From Blastocystis sp. Blastoise (taxonomy: Eukaryota; Protista; Bigyra: Opalinata), in contig JBBPEB010000019.1 in NCBI GenBank assembly GCA_039096225.1, positions 186,001 through 250,000 on the forward strand: a DNA stretch of 64,000 bases, in the 5' to 3' direction. Shown here one piece after another: positions 40,540 to 58,218 of the stretch (the stretch's first letter is position 1; each line of letters begins with the position of its first letter). The position numbers and the translations under genes are program-made. The notes under the pieces are model-generated. The model did not search any database and had not been told where the DNA came from. It saw only the letters and a program-made list of their open reading frames with translations.

Positions 40540-41976
40540 ATGTCTGCTATTAACAAAAGTAACATAAAATATGTAGTTATTATTTATATAACTATGTTTA
40601 TGTTTGGCCTTGTTGAAAATTTGAAAGGTGTTGTTTTTCCTCTTATTAAAACGGTATATGGTGCTTCTTACGATAGCCAAGGTCTTCTATATTCTATATC
40701 CTGGTATGGTTACGTTATTTTCTGTGTTGTATGTACATTTGTTCTTGAACGTTTCTCTATCAAAGCTGCTATTGTTTCTGGATATGCACTCGTTGTTATA
40801 TCGTCAATCCTTGTTCTTTTCATCCCAAATTTCACCGTAGCTGTAGTTGTTATGATGATGGTGTGGATGGGTTTTGGCTTTTTTGAAGTTGGTAATAATG
40901 CCTTAGCTACAGTAATCTTCACTAGTTCTTCAGCTATTTTCCTTAACTTAATGCATTTCTTCTATGGTGTAGGTGCTGTTTTAGGTCCATATTTTGCTTC
41001 TTGGATGATCTCGTTAATCAATAACTCATTTAAATCTCCATATTACCCTACAGCTGTCATTATGGCTATTTTATTGATCTATATTTTATGTACTAAATTT
41101 ACAATTCAATCAAGCGATGAAGAACAAAAAGCTACTATGACTATTAAAGATTGTCTTAAGAATTGGCTTATTTGGTATATGGCTTTCACATTAGGATTTA
41201 TGGAAGTTATTGAGTTTGGTGCTTCAAATTGGGGTGGTTTATATTTCCAAGATGTTTATGGATTTGATATTGAAAAAGAAGGTGCTACTTTTGTTTCTAT
41301 GTTTTATGTTCTATTTACTGTTACTCGACTTGTAAGTGGATTTTGGATTGAGAAACTTGGCTATATGAATTCTATTATGCTCTATTTAGTATTATGTATT
41401 ATTATATATATTATTGGTTTCTGTGTGGGTAGTTATGGTATTTGGGTACTTCCTTTCACAGGTTTCTTTATTGGTGTTTTATTCCCTACATATATGTGTG
41501 TAGGTATGGAAGTATTTAAAGAGAATGCATCTATAGCTACAAGTGTTATCATCGTCATAAGTGGTGCAACCAATGGACTCATTCAATATCTTGTAGGTGT
41601 TATTAATGAATATATTGGTAATGAATGGGGTTATCGTTGTAATATTATCTATACTGCTATTCCTCTAGTATTATGTATTCCTTTACAATGCTATTTAAAG
41701 AAACATTTCTATAATAAACAGAAGAAAGATGAATCTAAAGAAGAAGAAATCAAAGAAGATGAAAATAAGAAAGATATACATATAGAAATGACAGAAACAA
41801 AGAAAGATACTAAGGATACTACTACGACTACAAGTGAGAATAATGATAGTAATACTATTATTCCTAATGATATGAACACTTCTATTAATATGCCTGCTAC
41901 TACACTTTCTCCTACAGATATAAATAAACAAATATCTACAACAGAAACATCTTCTTCTTCTACTGCTACCAACTAA
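40540..41976 (+). CDS. Intronless MFS transporter (bacterial-type, FucP/TsgA-like superfamily)
   Basis: 478-aa ORF with about 12 TMs; NLMHFFYGVGAVLGP, EFGASNWGGLY, RLVSGFWIEKLG. Confidence 0.9.
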   Translation: MSAINKSNIKYVVIIYITMFMFGLVENLKGVVFPLIKTVYGASYDSQGLLYSISWYGYVIFCVVCTFVLERFSIKAAIVSGYALVVISSILVLFIPNFTVAVVVMMMVWMGFGFFEVGNNALATVIFTSSSAIFLNLMHFFYGVGAVLGPYFASWMISLINNSFKSPYYPTAVIMAILLIYILCTKFTIQSSDEEQKATMTIKDCLKNWLIWYMAFTLGFMEVIEFGASNWGGLYFQDVYGFDIEKEGATFVSMFYVLFTVTRLVSGFWIEKLGYMNSIMLYLVLCIIIYIIGFCVGSYGIWVLPFTGFFIGVLFPTYMCVGMEVFKENASIATSVIIVISGATNGLIQYLVGVINEYIGNEWGYRCNIIYTAIPLVLCIPLQCYLKKHFYNKQKKDESKEEEIKEDENKKDIHIEMTETKKDTKDTTTTTSENNDSNTIIPNDMNTSINMPATTLSPTDINKQISTTETSSSSTATN

Positions 41977-42212
41977 AAATTATAAATGATATATATATTT
42001 TTTAAATATTTAACAATGTTATTTCTTTTAGATTAGTATATTTAAATTATATTACTTTCTTTAATATAGTTTTGACAAAAAGTATCCTGTTTTGTCTCTT
42101 AAAGTATGAGTATTCAAATTGTGTTTTGTTGAATTTTACATAAAAACAATTGGAAAATATCATACTATTATATTCCTTTCTAGAAAAAACGAAATTTTTG
42201 TAAAATAAAAAA

Positions 42213-42285
42213 TTCCCATGCCGGGACTCGAACCCGGGTCGGCGAGGTGAAAACCCGCTATCCTAACCGGCTAGACTACATGGGA
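42213..42285 (-). tRNA. tRNA-Glu (anticodon TTC)
   Basis: TCCCATGTAGTCTAGCCGGTTAGGATAGCGGGTTTTCACCTCGCCGACCCGGGTTCGAGTCCCGGCATGGGAA folds as a cloverleaf, has a GTTCGA T-loop and is followed by an oligo-T terminator. Confidence 0.96.
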
Positions 42286-42373
42286 TCGATGAAAATTATT
42301 TTTTTGTTACATAGACTATAACATGTATCACGTATCTTATAACAACAAAGGCATATCGTTTTTGTGTCTTAGT

Positions 42374-43003
42374 ATGCGTTACCATCAACTATTATCTGAA
42401 GCTAGATTTACTTTAAGTTCTCCACAACTGAGACAAACGAATGCAAAATATTTCTGTATGTTTCTATTGTGTTTTGTTGTATATGTATAGTAATTTACTT
42501 CCTTCTTGTGATACTTTGCCATTTGATTTCAATTTGTAATAATGTGTGGAAGTTCGGTATATAAAAAATTAATATAAAACTATTTTATTTTAGATTTTTC
42601 AATCAATTATCAAATAAAAGGGTTTAATATAATTTCTGCTTATTATTTACTGCTTTATTTTCTTGGTTTCTTTGGAATTATGCTTGAAAGACAACAATTT
42701 CTAAAATATTTCTCTGTATTTCTTGAATTCATTTCATTATCTATTTTCATTTAGACAACTCAAACGTGGATGTCTAAGCGGTGCAGACCTTTTATTATCA
42801 CGTATAAAATTGTTGGCTTTTATATATGATTCTATTGTATAGAAAGACTATGTTTCTCTTAATGATATCTTTATTTGTTGTCAATATATATTGTTGTTCT
42901 TCTTTATATACATTCTTAAAAGATATTGACAAACCTATTCTCGGGAAAATCAAGAAATTCACGGGAATCTGGCTCAATTATTTATGGGCATTTTCTGTAA
43001 ATG

Positions 43004-43072
<69 letters not shown>

Positions 43073-43125
43073 GGTATTATTTTGTACTCGAAACACTATT
43101 TGGCAGCATATATTACATCTCAATC

Positions 43126-43161
<36 letters not shown>

Positions 43162-43232
43162 ATATATATATATATATATAGTTAAACTCACTCATTTTTC
43201 ACCGTTTTATTGGAACTACCACTTATATAGTA

Positions 43233-43270
<38 letters not shown>

Positions 43271-44428
43271 GATTATTCATTTTGGTTCAATTTATCTCAA
43301 ATGGTTTAATGAGGATAGACTCGATAAATTATTCCATAAATTTGTAAATATATATAGTGTCATTATTATATATATATTATATATATAGAATAAATGGAAT
43401 GGATTATCGTGGGAAACTTCAACTCAATTATGGATATATATTTCTCCCGCGGTTATTTTTCTTTTAATCACAAGTCTCTATAAAATCCGACGATACTCAT
43501 GGGAATTTTTTTATATTGTAAGTATTATATATATATTATATATTATATATTATATATATAGCCACATGGATTAATAAATATTATTATGGTGAGTTTATCA
43601 CGTATATATATATTATATATATGTATATATATTATATATATGTATATATATTATATATATTTATAACTCTATAGTAATTCATTCACGAAACAGTGTTTTT
43701 TTCCTATTACCTGCTCTTTGTTTATATATATATGATAAGATACAACGACAAATTGATATATATATACATAAATATAGTATAGTTGATGCACTAGTTGATC
43801 ACGGTATATATATATATATATATTTATATATGTATATTTATATATGTATTCTAGCTCTACTCTATTTATGTATATAGGAATTATTCGATTAGACCTTATT
43901 CCCCGTGGGAATTCAAGGGTGACATTACCTTTACCTGGTCAATATATATTCATTAATATTCATATCCTTATATATATAGTGTTATTAGTTTAGTATACTA
44001 ATATATATATTATATATTATGAATAATAGAAGATATATATACTTAACTGTATACCTTTAGTATCTAAATATGAATATCATCCGTTTACTGTCGCTGAAGT
44101 GACGCAGAACCGTGTCATTCTGCATATTAAAGTATATTATTTTTCTATAATATTATTATACATATATGTTTGTATTCATTATTTCTTATAATATATATAT
44201 ATATAGCCATGTGATAGACACTCGTGGACTCAGAAATTGTATACTTATATTAATACAAATAAAATTCATACAAATACAAATATATATATTGAAGGACCTT
44301 ATGTATGTATATATATATAACTATATATATATAGGGAGAGATGGTAAATGTGAATCAGGAACGAGATATTATATATATAGGAGCAGGAGTGGGATTTGCG
44401 GGAATCAGCTATTCTATTCTTGTATATA

Positions 44429-44463
<35 letters not shown>

Positions 44464-45154
44464 ATATATAGAATACAATAGATCGTTATGATCGTGGTGA
44501 ATTGCCGAATTTGAAGAATATCGATATATATCTTACACTTATAAGTGATGGTATATATATATAGCTAAATATAGCTATATATATTTATATATATAGAGCA
44601 CTTATATTGGTATAGTCAACAACTTATGAAAATTAAAGTATATAATGATAATAAACATATAATAATAAACATATAGTAATAATAATAACTATAATAATAA
44701 ACATATAATGATATAAACATATAATAATAAACATATAATGATAATAAACATATAATAATAAACATATAATGATAATAAACATATAATAATAAACATATAA
44801 TAATAAACATATAATAATAATAATAACTATAATAATAATAATATTCAATAGAAATGTTCGATTGTTCATTTACATATATATATAACATTCTCAAAGTCTC
44901 CTGAGCGACGAATTACTACATTTAAAAACAAATCAAAAGGAAAATTCATTTTTTATCCTACCGTTGAATCTCCGACAGTTTTAGAGTTTTCTATTGGTCG
45001 AATGGACACGTGCTCTTTATTAGCGAAATACTCACCGGATATTCGTCACATGTTTTATATTTGTGCTCCTCCATCTCTATACTCATTGGTATGTGATCAC
45101 GTGTATACAAATCTAACTAAAAGCGTTGTTTATTCAGATCCCTTTGAAATGTAA
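42374..45154 (+). CDS. Ferric reductase / NADPH oxidase-family flavocytochrome, multi-exon, containing one U12 AT-AC intron
   Basis: TRNTIW, HRFIG...IIH and FFYIPH...LIH (four heme His), [22 protein letters not shown] (FAD), [15 protein letters not shown] (NADPH), GRMD, FYICAP, DPFEM*. Confidence 0.88.
43962..44054 (+). other. U12-type (minor spliceosome) AT-AC intron
   Basis: 5' site ATATCCTT, branch TACTTAAC ending 7 nt before the 3' end, terminal AC. Removal restores the conserved [21 protein letters not shown], while retention hits a TAG. Confidence 0.85.
44640..44845. repeat. Intronic minisatellite (AATAATAAACATAT-type units)
   Basis: Tandem 14-17 bp units visible in the sequence. Confidence 0.7.
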
Positions 45155-45481
45155 TTTATATATATATATAATTTATTATTATTATCTTGGGTATATATAT
45201 ATTCGTATTTTATATTTATTTGGCATGATATTTCAAGGAATATATATATATATGTTTTTCATGTGTTAGTAAATATTGCCAGTATTATTAAAAGTAGTGT
45301 TCTGTTTTGAAATAATTCTATGTATTTTATATTACTGCATTAAAATAAACAATCAATTTCTTAATTAAATATCATTTAGCAATTATTTATATAAATAGAA
45401 CGATACAATCAATCTTTTATGAACATATTTAGAAACATATTAAAAAATAAAAATATTAAAAAAACACAATTAAAAGATGCA

Positions 45482-45800
45482 TTAAAAACGACGTTTCACA
45501 CTTGCATATGTCCGTTTACGTTTCGTTTTACTTCCTGAAGATGACACAGTTAACGGATCTGAGGGATTCGTAACGACAAGAGGGACTAACTGTGGTATTT
45601 TTGAATTAGATATATTTGATATTTCTATTTTTTGTAGTGGTATATTCCCACGGGAATCTGTAGTCAAAGGTAAAACATCTTTCTTATTACTCTATATACA
45701 TTATTATTATATTTATTATAGTATATACCTTTAAATCATTAAGCTTTTGTTTTATTATTTCGATTTCTGTTTCCAGCGGAGATACACGTGATTTAGAAAG

Positions 45801-45836
<36 letters not shown>

Positions 45837-45892
45837 TTGTTGACATTCTTTCTCTTTTATTTTCAAATTTTTTTGAGTCTCTTTCTCCCTAA

Positions 45893-45923
<31 letters not shown>

Positions 45924-46235
45924 ATAACATATATATATATATATTACATAGATTTTAATTTGGTTTCGTATTCTTGTTTTTTATTTTGTAATTGCTGATC
46001 TTTTAACTGTATCGCTTGTTTCATATTATTTGCTTTTTCTTGTTCTTTTTCTTTAATAGAAATTTGAAGAGACTATATATATATATGAATATATATATAT
46101 ATATATATATACGTTAACATCTTTATTGAAATCAAGAATTCTTTTGCACGCGAGCTGTAGGAGGTTTTCTAATTCTTTCTTTTTACTCTCATTTCCCGCG
46201 ATTATTTGTTCAAGTGATGTAATTTTATTAAGGCA

Positions 46236-46277
<42 letters not shown>

Positions 46278-48194
46278 CAGTATATATAGAAATGATATAT
46301 TTTCTTTTTTTCTCTTTCCCTCTCTTTCTCTTCCTCCTCAGAAACTTGTCTTTCCATTTCATGAATAGTCTATAAATATATATATATATAACTTTATATA
46401 TATATATAACTTTATATATATATATAACTTTATATATATATAATTACATTTTCTAAATTATGATTGCTAGAATTGTATTCCGTTTGTGTTTCTTTGTGTT
46501 TTTGTATTTCTGTATCTAAACTATTCATCTTTGTTTTTTCTGACTCAATATCTTTCTTTACTTTTTCTTGTTCAGTTATACATGTTTGTCGCTCTTTTTC
46601 CATTCCTTTCACTTCATCTTCCAGTTGACTATATAGAGTATCCAGTTCCTTCTTCTCCTTCTCCTTCTCCTCCTCTATTCCTATATATCTATTTATAACA
46701 CACTCAATATCAAGTTTATCTTTATTCTGACTCTCTATTTCTGTTTCTTTTATGTGAATCAGGTCATCCAATTGTTTTTGTCCTTCGTGCATTGTGTTCA
46801 TAACGTCTGCTAACGCTTCCATGTGATCGTGACACAATTGAATACAATTCTGCAAATGATCAATTTTTTGTTTGTAGCTTTCAAGTGATATTCTTATTTC
46901 TTTCTCTTTTGTCTGAAGATCATTCATTTCATTCTCTAATGTACATTGCTTGTCTTTCTTCACATTTAATTTAGTTTTAATTGTGTTTCTCTCATTCTCC
47001 CAGTATTTTGTCTCATTCTTCAAATTTGTCATCGTTTCTTGATGCTTTATATCCATATTTGTTTTCCGTTGAATCAACTGATTGTGTTCTCCTTTTAATG
47101 TACTTGTCACGTGACTCTTTGTATTAAAAACCTATTAAATAATAATCATAATAATAATTATAATAATAAAAACAATATAATTATAATAATACATCATTAT
47201 TCTCTACTAATAAGAGTTGTATCTTTTGGATTTTCTGTTTCTTTTCTTCTTCTTCCTCCTGAATCTTTTTTAATGCACTCTGCAAGGACTTCAGCTTCAT
47301 ATGTGTGCATTCTATATATATATATAATATATATAGATGTTATAATATAATTATAATAATAATATATATATTAATAAAACTATATACCATATTGTGTATG
47401 AACATTTGTATATATAGTTTTCTGTTCCATTTCCTTCTCTTTTAATTGGTCAGTCTCGCGCGATAAACACATACACTTTTCTTCTACTATATATATGAGT
47501 CTATAGAATTCAATATTTGATTTCATATATATATTTATAGATCATTATAAAGATAATACATATATATATGTAACCATACAATTCTTTATTTTCTGAATAT
47601 TCTCTTTATATATGGAAAACATATTTTGAAAACTATCTAATAATTGTTGAAGAGAAAGACGACATTCTTCGGCATTTCTTTCTATATTATTGATATCATG
47701 CTTTTCTAAAGAATTATATCAGACATAAATCCACTAAAAAAAACATTAATTATTGATATATATATACCATTCTCTATACGTTCCAATAAATGATTAATTG
47801 TATCTAAAGATATGAATAATCAGTTTAGAAAGAATCAATGCAATACCTTGAAATCCCTGAAACTCAATACTTTGAACCTCCTGTTGAGATAACAATGAAT
47901 CGAGAGCGTGGAGTACATGTTCGTAATTATCTTTAATGTTGATATTTGTTGATTGCTCCTTTCCTAGATCTTCCTGTAATTGAACGATTATTTTTTCTAA
48001 TTCTTCCAATTTCTTTTTGTTTTTCAGTATTTCTTCTTGTTGAACCATTCCATCCTGCAATACCTTAACTGAAATCAGATTTGAAATATGTGAATAAGAA
48101 AAATAATAAAAATACAAGTGGATGTTCTCAAATCGGTGTAAACAGAATCCACATTTGAATCAAATTCTTCTTTAGAATTCAATTTACGATTCAT
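45482..48194 (-). CDS. Long coiled-coil protein of unknown function, multi-exon, with basic C-terminal tail
   Basis: MNRKLNSKEEFDS start, E/K/Q-rich heptad exons (46430..47110, 47794..48117), ends SKTKRKRTYASVKRRF*. Confidence 0.7.
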
Positions 48195-48405
48195 AATGAT
48201 TTACAATCAATATATACATTTAACATATAATGAATATAATAAAATTTAGAATGAAAATGAAAGGAGGGAATCTTTTTTTATTTTATTTTATTTTGCTTAT
48301 AATTTAAATTTAAATAAGTTAAAAGACAAAACAAAAGAATGCATAATTGCCAATATTATCATATATTGGAGAATAGGAAACAAACGAATTTATTGTCATA
48401 ATGAA

Positions 48406-49532
48406 TTAATTGTTTGGTACTAAACTGTTGTAATGGTTACCTAATGTTAAATATTGACGGTGATAAGAAATCATGAATGGCGGAGAAGTAAATTGTTCAC
48501 CCATAATGACTGTATCTTGATCAGCAGAATAAACATGAATTGGTCTTTGATATGCTTCTGAAATTGCCTTAATTTCTAATTGACCACCCCATTCTATATA
48601 TAAATATATTTAATAGAATAACAGTTTTTAAAATAATAAAATTATAGTATTAAGTTTAATGATTAAAAGAATAATAAATAAATAAATATATATACCATTT
48701 GAGTCTTGAACTTTATTGCAGTATTCTTCAAAAGAAACTGAATCTTCCATGAAGGGAACAAAATCATCCGAATGTTCTCTCATATAATCAGCAGCAGCTC
48801 TTCGAATTAATATATAAGAATAATTATTATCATATTTTGGTATTTCTAATCCAAGTTGTTTACATATAGCTCGATATCTATATAATAATATAATATACAT
48901 TCATTTATATGAAATATTAAATAATTATATATATATATATATATATTTATTAAAACAATATAAAAATACAAAATGAATATATAAAGTTATATATATATAC
49001 AAACAATTTCCATCAGCACCTACTTCAAATACATGTAAATTCTTATCTTTAACTTTATCATTAATTTCTTGTATTTCTTTATTTCTTGAAGCATTAAACT
49101 AGTTAATAATAAAAATAAATAAAAATAAATAAAAAAAAAAATAATTGTTACAATACTTCAGAATAAAAAAATATATACATCAATTGGATTTAATTTTTCT
49201 TCCTCTTCTTGTTGTTGAATAATTTGTCTTTGTTTCTTATGTCTTTTCTGAGATCTAGTTTGTTTAGCAACAACATTCTCTGAATTTTGTGGTTGTTCGG
49301 GCTGTTTAACAATTTCTGATGGCTCCGAAGATTTAACATCATCTACAATTCCATATAACTGCTTTTGCTTCTCGAGTTCTTGAGAAAATAACTTTTTGTG
49401 TTTCTTCCCTCCGAGATGGCTTGCCCATGTAGCATCATTTGTGGCTTTCACATTACACACGTTACAATAATGTTGATCTTCTAATATGATATACTTCACA
49501 ATATCTTCTACTGTCTGAGGTATAGTATCCAT
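48406..49532 (-). CDS. OTU deubiquitinase (OTUD6/Otu2-like) with N-terminal U1/matrin-type C2H2 zinc finger
   Basis: CNVCNV...WASHLGGKKHKK, GADGNCLYRAI, EWGGQLEIKAIS, ISYHRQYLTLGNHYNSL. Confidence 0.88.
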
Positions 49533-49756
49533 GATATTAATAAGCTATTTAATAAGAATCAATAAACGGTACGAACACAGAATTATCTGTTTTTCTATTT
49601 GAAAATGATGGAAATGATTTTGTAGGTATTCTTAAAGTATTATTTATGATTATTTTTTAAGTTTCTAAATGAGAAAACGGCTCATTTTTTAAAATTATTG
49701 TTTCTTAGTCGACTTTATATTAAATTTCATATTTCATATATATTCTCTCATCTTGA

Positions 49757-51557
49757 ATGAATAGAAAACAAAAAGTAATACATGATCCCAACGAGGAAGT
49801 TTGGCTCTCATTTTCATCCAAACAAGTCTCTGCACTTGAGAGAATTGCTCAGAATCTAAAGTGCTGTTTATGGTATATATGCATAGTAAACTATTATAAT
49901 CATATTTAGTGGTAAAATAATGAACGAACCCTTTTCTTTACGTTGTAATCATAATTTTTGTCAGTATATTTCAGTTGAATTTATATGATTTATATAATAT
50001 ATGAAATTCTTAGAGAGTGTATTGAAGAAAGATTCAAGAAGGACAGTCAGTGTCCGATATGTAACATCCCGGCATTTCCTGTAGAGTTACAAAAGAATCC
50101 TACTTTCGTATATTCATTTATTCTATGAATTTAAAAGTTAAATAGGACAATATTATTGGCTCTTTAAAGAATCTTCTACAAGTATTGCCTGAAGAAGTCT
50201 TTTCTTCTGAAAAACAAAAAATTAGTATTTATATACTATATTCAAAGATGTTCTATATTTTAGTTAATGAATGAATTATATATATTTCTTTATAGATGAC
50301 GAGATCCATGATGATGATGCAGATACAGTAATTATAGACGATGATACAGATACAGTAGAAATATACAATGATGCAAGTACTATAACAGCAACTCCTGAGA
50401 TTGCTCACCAGCCTATGGAGATTGAAGAACAGTCTTCAAATAAACAAAATCAATCTGATCCTTATGTGACTCTTCTTTCTCCTGAGAAATATGCATCTTG
50501 TAATTCACTACTGAGTGTACGACAAATTAAACTAGATTCTGATCCTTCTATAAATACAAGTAAAGAAGATCAATGTCCATCGTCTTCTTTGTTTGTCTCT
50601 CAAGATGTAGAAGATTCTTTATATAATTCACTCCCGATGAAACAAAAAATTCCCGTGAAAACACAGAGTATATTAAATGATATCGAATCCAATAATATAC
50701 GTTATTCACCGAATCCAAAAATTCATAAACGAAAAGAAGATCTTTCAAAATATATTCCTTTTTCTCCTGGGTCGTCAGTAGCTTCTTGTTCATTTTCATC
50801 TTCCCAATTACCTTCTTTAGATGAATATGCATTAGTAAATCAGTATGAAGAAGAAGAAGAGGATGAATGTATAATGAAACAATTAGAATATGAGAGTCAA
50901 TTGAATGAAGAGCAAGAGTATAAGAGAGAAGAGGAAATGATAATAGAAGAAGAGAATGACATAGAGAAAGATACTATGATTGATACTGTAGAGAATGATA
51001 CTGTAGAGAAAGATACTATGATTGATACTGTAGAGAATGATACCATACAGAAATCAATGAATTACTCTATAATGGAAGAAGAAAAGATGGATATAAAAGA
51101 TAATTCTGGAAGGAATGGAATAGATATAGAAATTAATTCTCTTCCTACTAATGAAGTATATAGTACTGTGATAAAATCAAATGAAAATATGAATACTATG
51201 GAAATAGAACCGTCTATTGCTTCATATACATCTATAGATGAGGATACTGTACAGAAGAGTTCTATTCGAAGTCTTGTAGATACAACAAATCATTCTCCAG
51301 CATCTACTTTACATAATATATCGAATAAATCGGTTCTAGAGAAAACTCCTCTTATTGATACTTTATATGAAGAGAATAATATACATAGAGATACTACAGG
51401 TACTATTCCTATAGAGAATCCGTCTATTTCGTCTATTTCTTCTTTATATATACCTACTTTGTCAGATTGTTCACTTCCTCCTTCTCCCCCTCGTCTCAAT
51501 ACACATACACAATCTATATCTTCTATGAATAATGTAAATAATAATAATATGAATAAT

Positions 51558-51594
<37 letters not shown>

Positions 51595-53464
51595 TCTCAA
51601 ATAATAATAATATCTCAAATAATAATAATATCTCAAATAATAATAATAATAATAATATCTCAAATAATAATAATATCTCAAATAATAATAATAATAATAA
51701 TTCAGTATCTTTATTATTATCATTACTTGAGAATGCACTACAAGATAACAATACACATTCGCTTTGTCTTCATTCCAAGAATAATGAAATTAATACTATT
51801 CCAATTCCAGAATTACAGTCTTTGACTATTACGGATAATGTTATATCGACATTCAATACATTGTCTTCTTCTTCTTCTTCTTCTATGGAGACTTCTATTT
51901 ATAATATAAAGGATCCTATAGAGAGTCGAAGTACTAAGAGTATACAAGATATATTTACTACAGAAAATGAAGAGGATTATATAAATCATGAATATAAAAC
52001 AGTTAAAACATTTTCTACTTCTTCAAGTAGTTCTGTATATACTAGTACTACTTCTGATTCTCATAATACCAGTATATCTTCCTCTACTTCTATATCTTCT
52101 TCTCTATCGAATTCTATGAGTACGAATCATCATAAAGATTCTGATCTAAAAACATCAAAACATACTGTTACAAAGAAGAAGAATAAACGTCAGTCTACAC
52201 ATAAAACTGAACGAAAAAGTCTAGATACATTACATAAAGAGAGAAGAAGTATTCGAGGTGAAGAGATTGAAGAGAATAAAGACTATAATAATAATAATGA
52301 GAATAATATGAAGAAGAAATCAAAACAGACAAAGTTATTAACGATACCCTCAAAGATCAAAAGCATAGTCTATGATAAACGTATGCTACTCTATATATTA
52401 TAATTATTATTTATATTTTTATATATAATATATATATATTTTAGTTATATCTATATTTATATTTATATATAATAATATCTATCTTCTTTTCTAGCTCGAT
52501 CCTTATGTTTTATATATTCCGGATTAACATACAAGGAAGAATCTAAATTGAAATTATTATCCACTGTTCTCAAAGCTACTATTTTAGCTCAATTCCCGTT
52601 GGGAAGTGAAGTCAATTTATCTCCAACACATCTCATTATGAATACCGACAAGAATAATATGTGCAAACGAACTATTAAATATCTTACTGCTTTAACAACG
52701 TATATTATTATATTGTTTGTTTTTATTATTATTATTATTATATTATTATTATTATTATTATCTGAGATATTATTATTATTATGTGATTATTGTTGTGTAA
52801 GCTAATAACACTATATTATTCTTATTTTAATTATGTATCTTATTTTATGTATTATATAATTATTCTTATTATTTAAACTATTTTATAATACTTTTTATTA
52901 TTTTTATAATATATATATTTTTTCATCGATAATTACGAATATATATCTTTATTAAATTCTTAAATAAAATGTTTATCGATTCTAATTAATATTTACTTTA
53001 TATAGAGATTGTTGGATTGTAAATATGAAATGGGTTGAAACATGTCTTTCTCAACGAAAACATATTTCTGAAGATTTATATCAAGTTACGGGTGATACCA
53101 AAACAAATATTTTAGGTATACCTTGTTCTATAAGAAGTCAAAGAGAGAAAGAAACACATTTTTTATTTGATGGGTATTCATTCTTTATTCAAGGACCCTT
53201 TTCATTACAGAGTCCGCCATTAGTTAATATTCAAGACTTAATTATTCGAACTGGAGGAAATATACTCAAAGTAGTACCATCATCTCAAATGGATACTACT
53301 TTTATTCTTCAAGAATCACCTAATTCTAAATAGTATATATATATATTTTTAAATCCTAAAAAATAATTTTTTTTTTATAAAGTTGTTCCTCATGTCCTGC
53401 TGTTAGTATTCAATGGTTCCTTACATGCATCGGATCTAACTCTATCTTACCAATCGATTCCTAA
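49757..53464 (+). CDS. BRCA1/BARD1-like protein: N-terminal RING, long low-complexity linker, tandem BRCT
   Basis: LKCCLC...EP...CNHNFCQECI...QCPIC. BRCT1 IYSGL...THLI...CKRTIKYL...WIVNMKWVETC. BRCT2 LFDGYSFFIQG...GG...VSIQWFLTCI. Confidence 0.85.
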
Positions 53465-54062
53465 TCTGAAAAATCATTGAGATTCTCTTCAATTTTTTAA
53501 ATTTTTCATTTCTTTTCTATTTTCTATTTTCTTCTTCATTTGAATTTCAAACTGCTCAGAGTTCACGCTAACAAAATTAGTTTTTATTTATATATTATTT
53601 AACACATTTTATTCATTCATTTTCATTATTTATTTCTGTTTACCTTTTTACATGCATTTCTATTGAACTTTTTGAAAAGAAGAAATCATGTACAGAATTC
53701 ATTTTATAAAATTAAGATTTTGTGACTTATTTTATAATAATATTTTTTTAAATAATTAAAAACAATTCTATATGAAGAAACACACCACAAGACAAATAGT
53801 ATTAGGGTTCTTCTCTGTGTCATTCAAAATGAAGTTATTGATTGGTCAATTTCAATGATGGAAACTTTTATTTTCAATAGGGAATTTTTTTTGGAAAATT
53901 GAATGATGATTTCTATGTTTTTAAAAGAAAAGTCTCTTTTTATATTGATTGTTGATAATAATCATTAATTACTTTTTCGGAACCATTCATCATACCCTGA
54001 TTATTGTAGAAAACTATTCAATTTGTTATATATCTTCCTTCAATTCACATTCTATTACATAA

Positions 54063-57880
<3,818 letters not shown>

Positions 57881-58218
57881 TCACTTTGTTTTATATACTT
57901 TTTATTTTTATTGTTTTCATTCTTTTTATCTTCTTCAATTTTTATTATTATTATTTTTTTTAATTTTTAAAAGTTTTTTTCTCTTTTTATATATTAATTT
58001 CATTCTAATTTTTTCTTCTTTCTATTCATTTTGTTATATATATGTTTTTACTTGATTCATGTTTTTCGTATTATAAGTAGTGTTGATTTATAAAAAATAA
58101 TAATCATTAGTACATGATTAAAATAAAACAAAATTAATAGTATATAACTGTAAAAATTAGAATACAAAGAAGAGAAAATATACAGAAAGAATTAAGAAAA
58201 CATAGAATCAACACAAAA

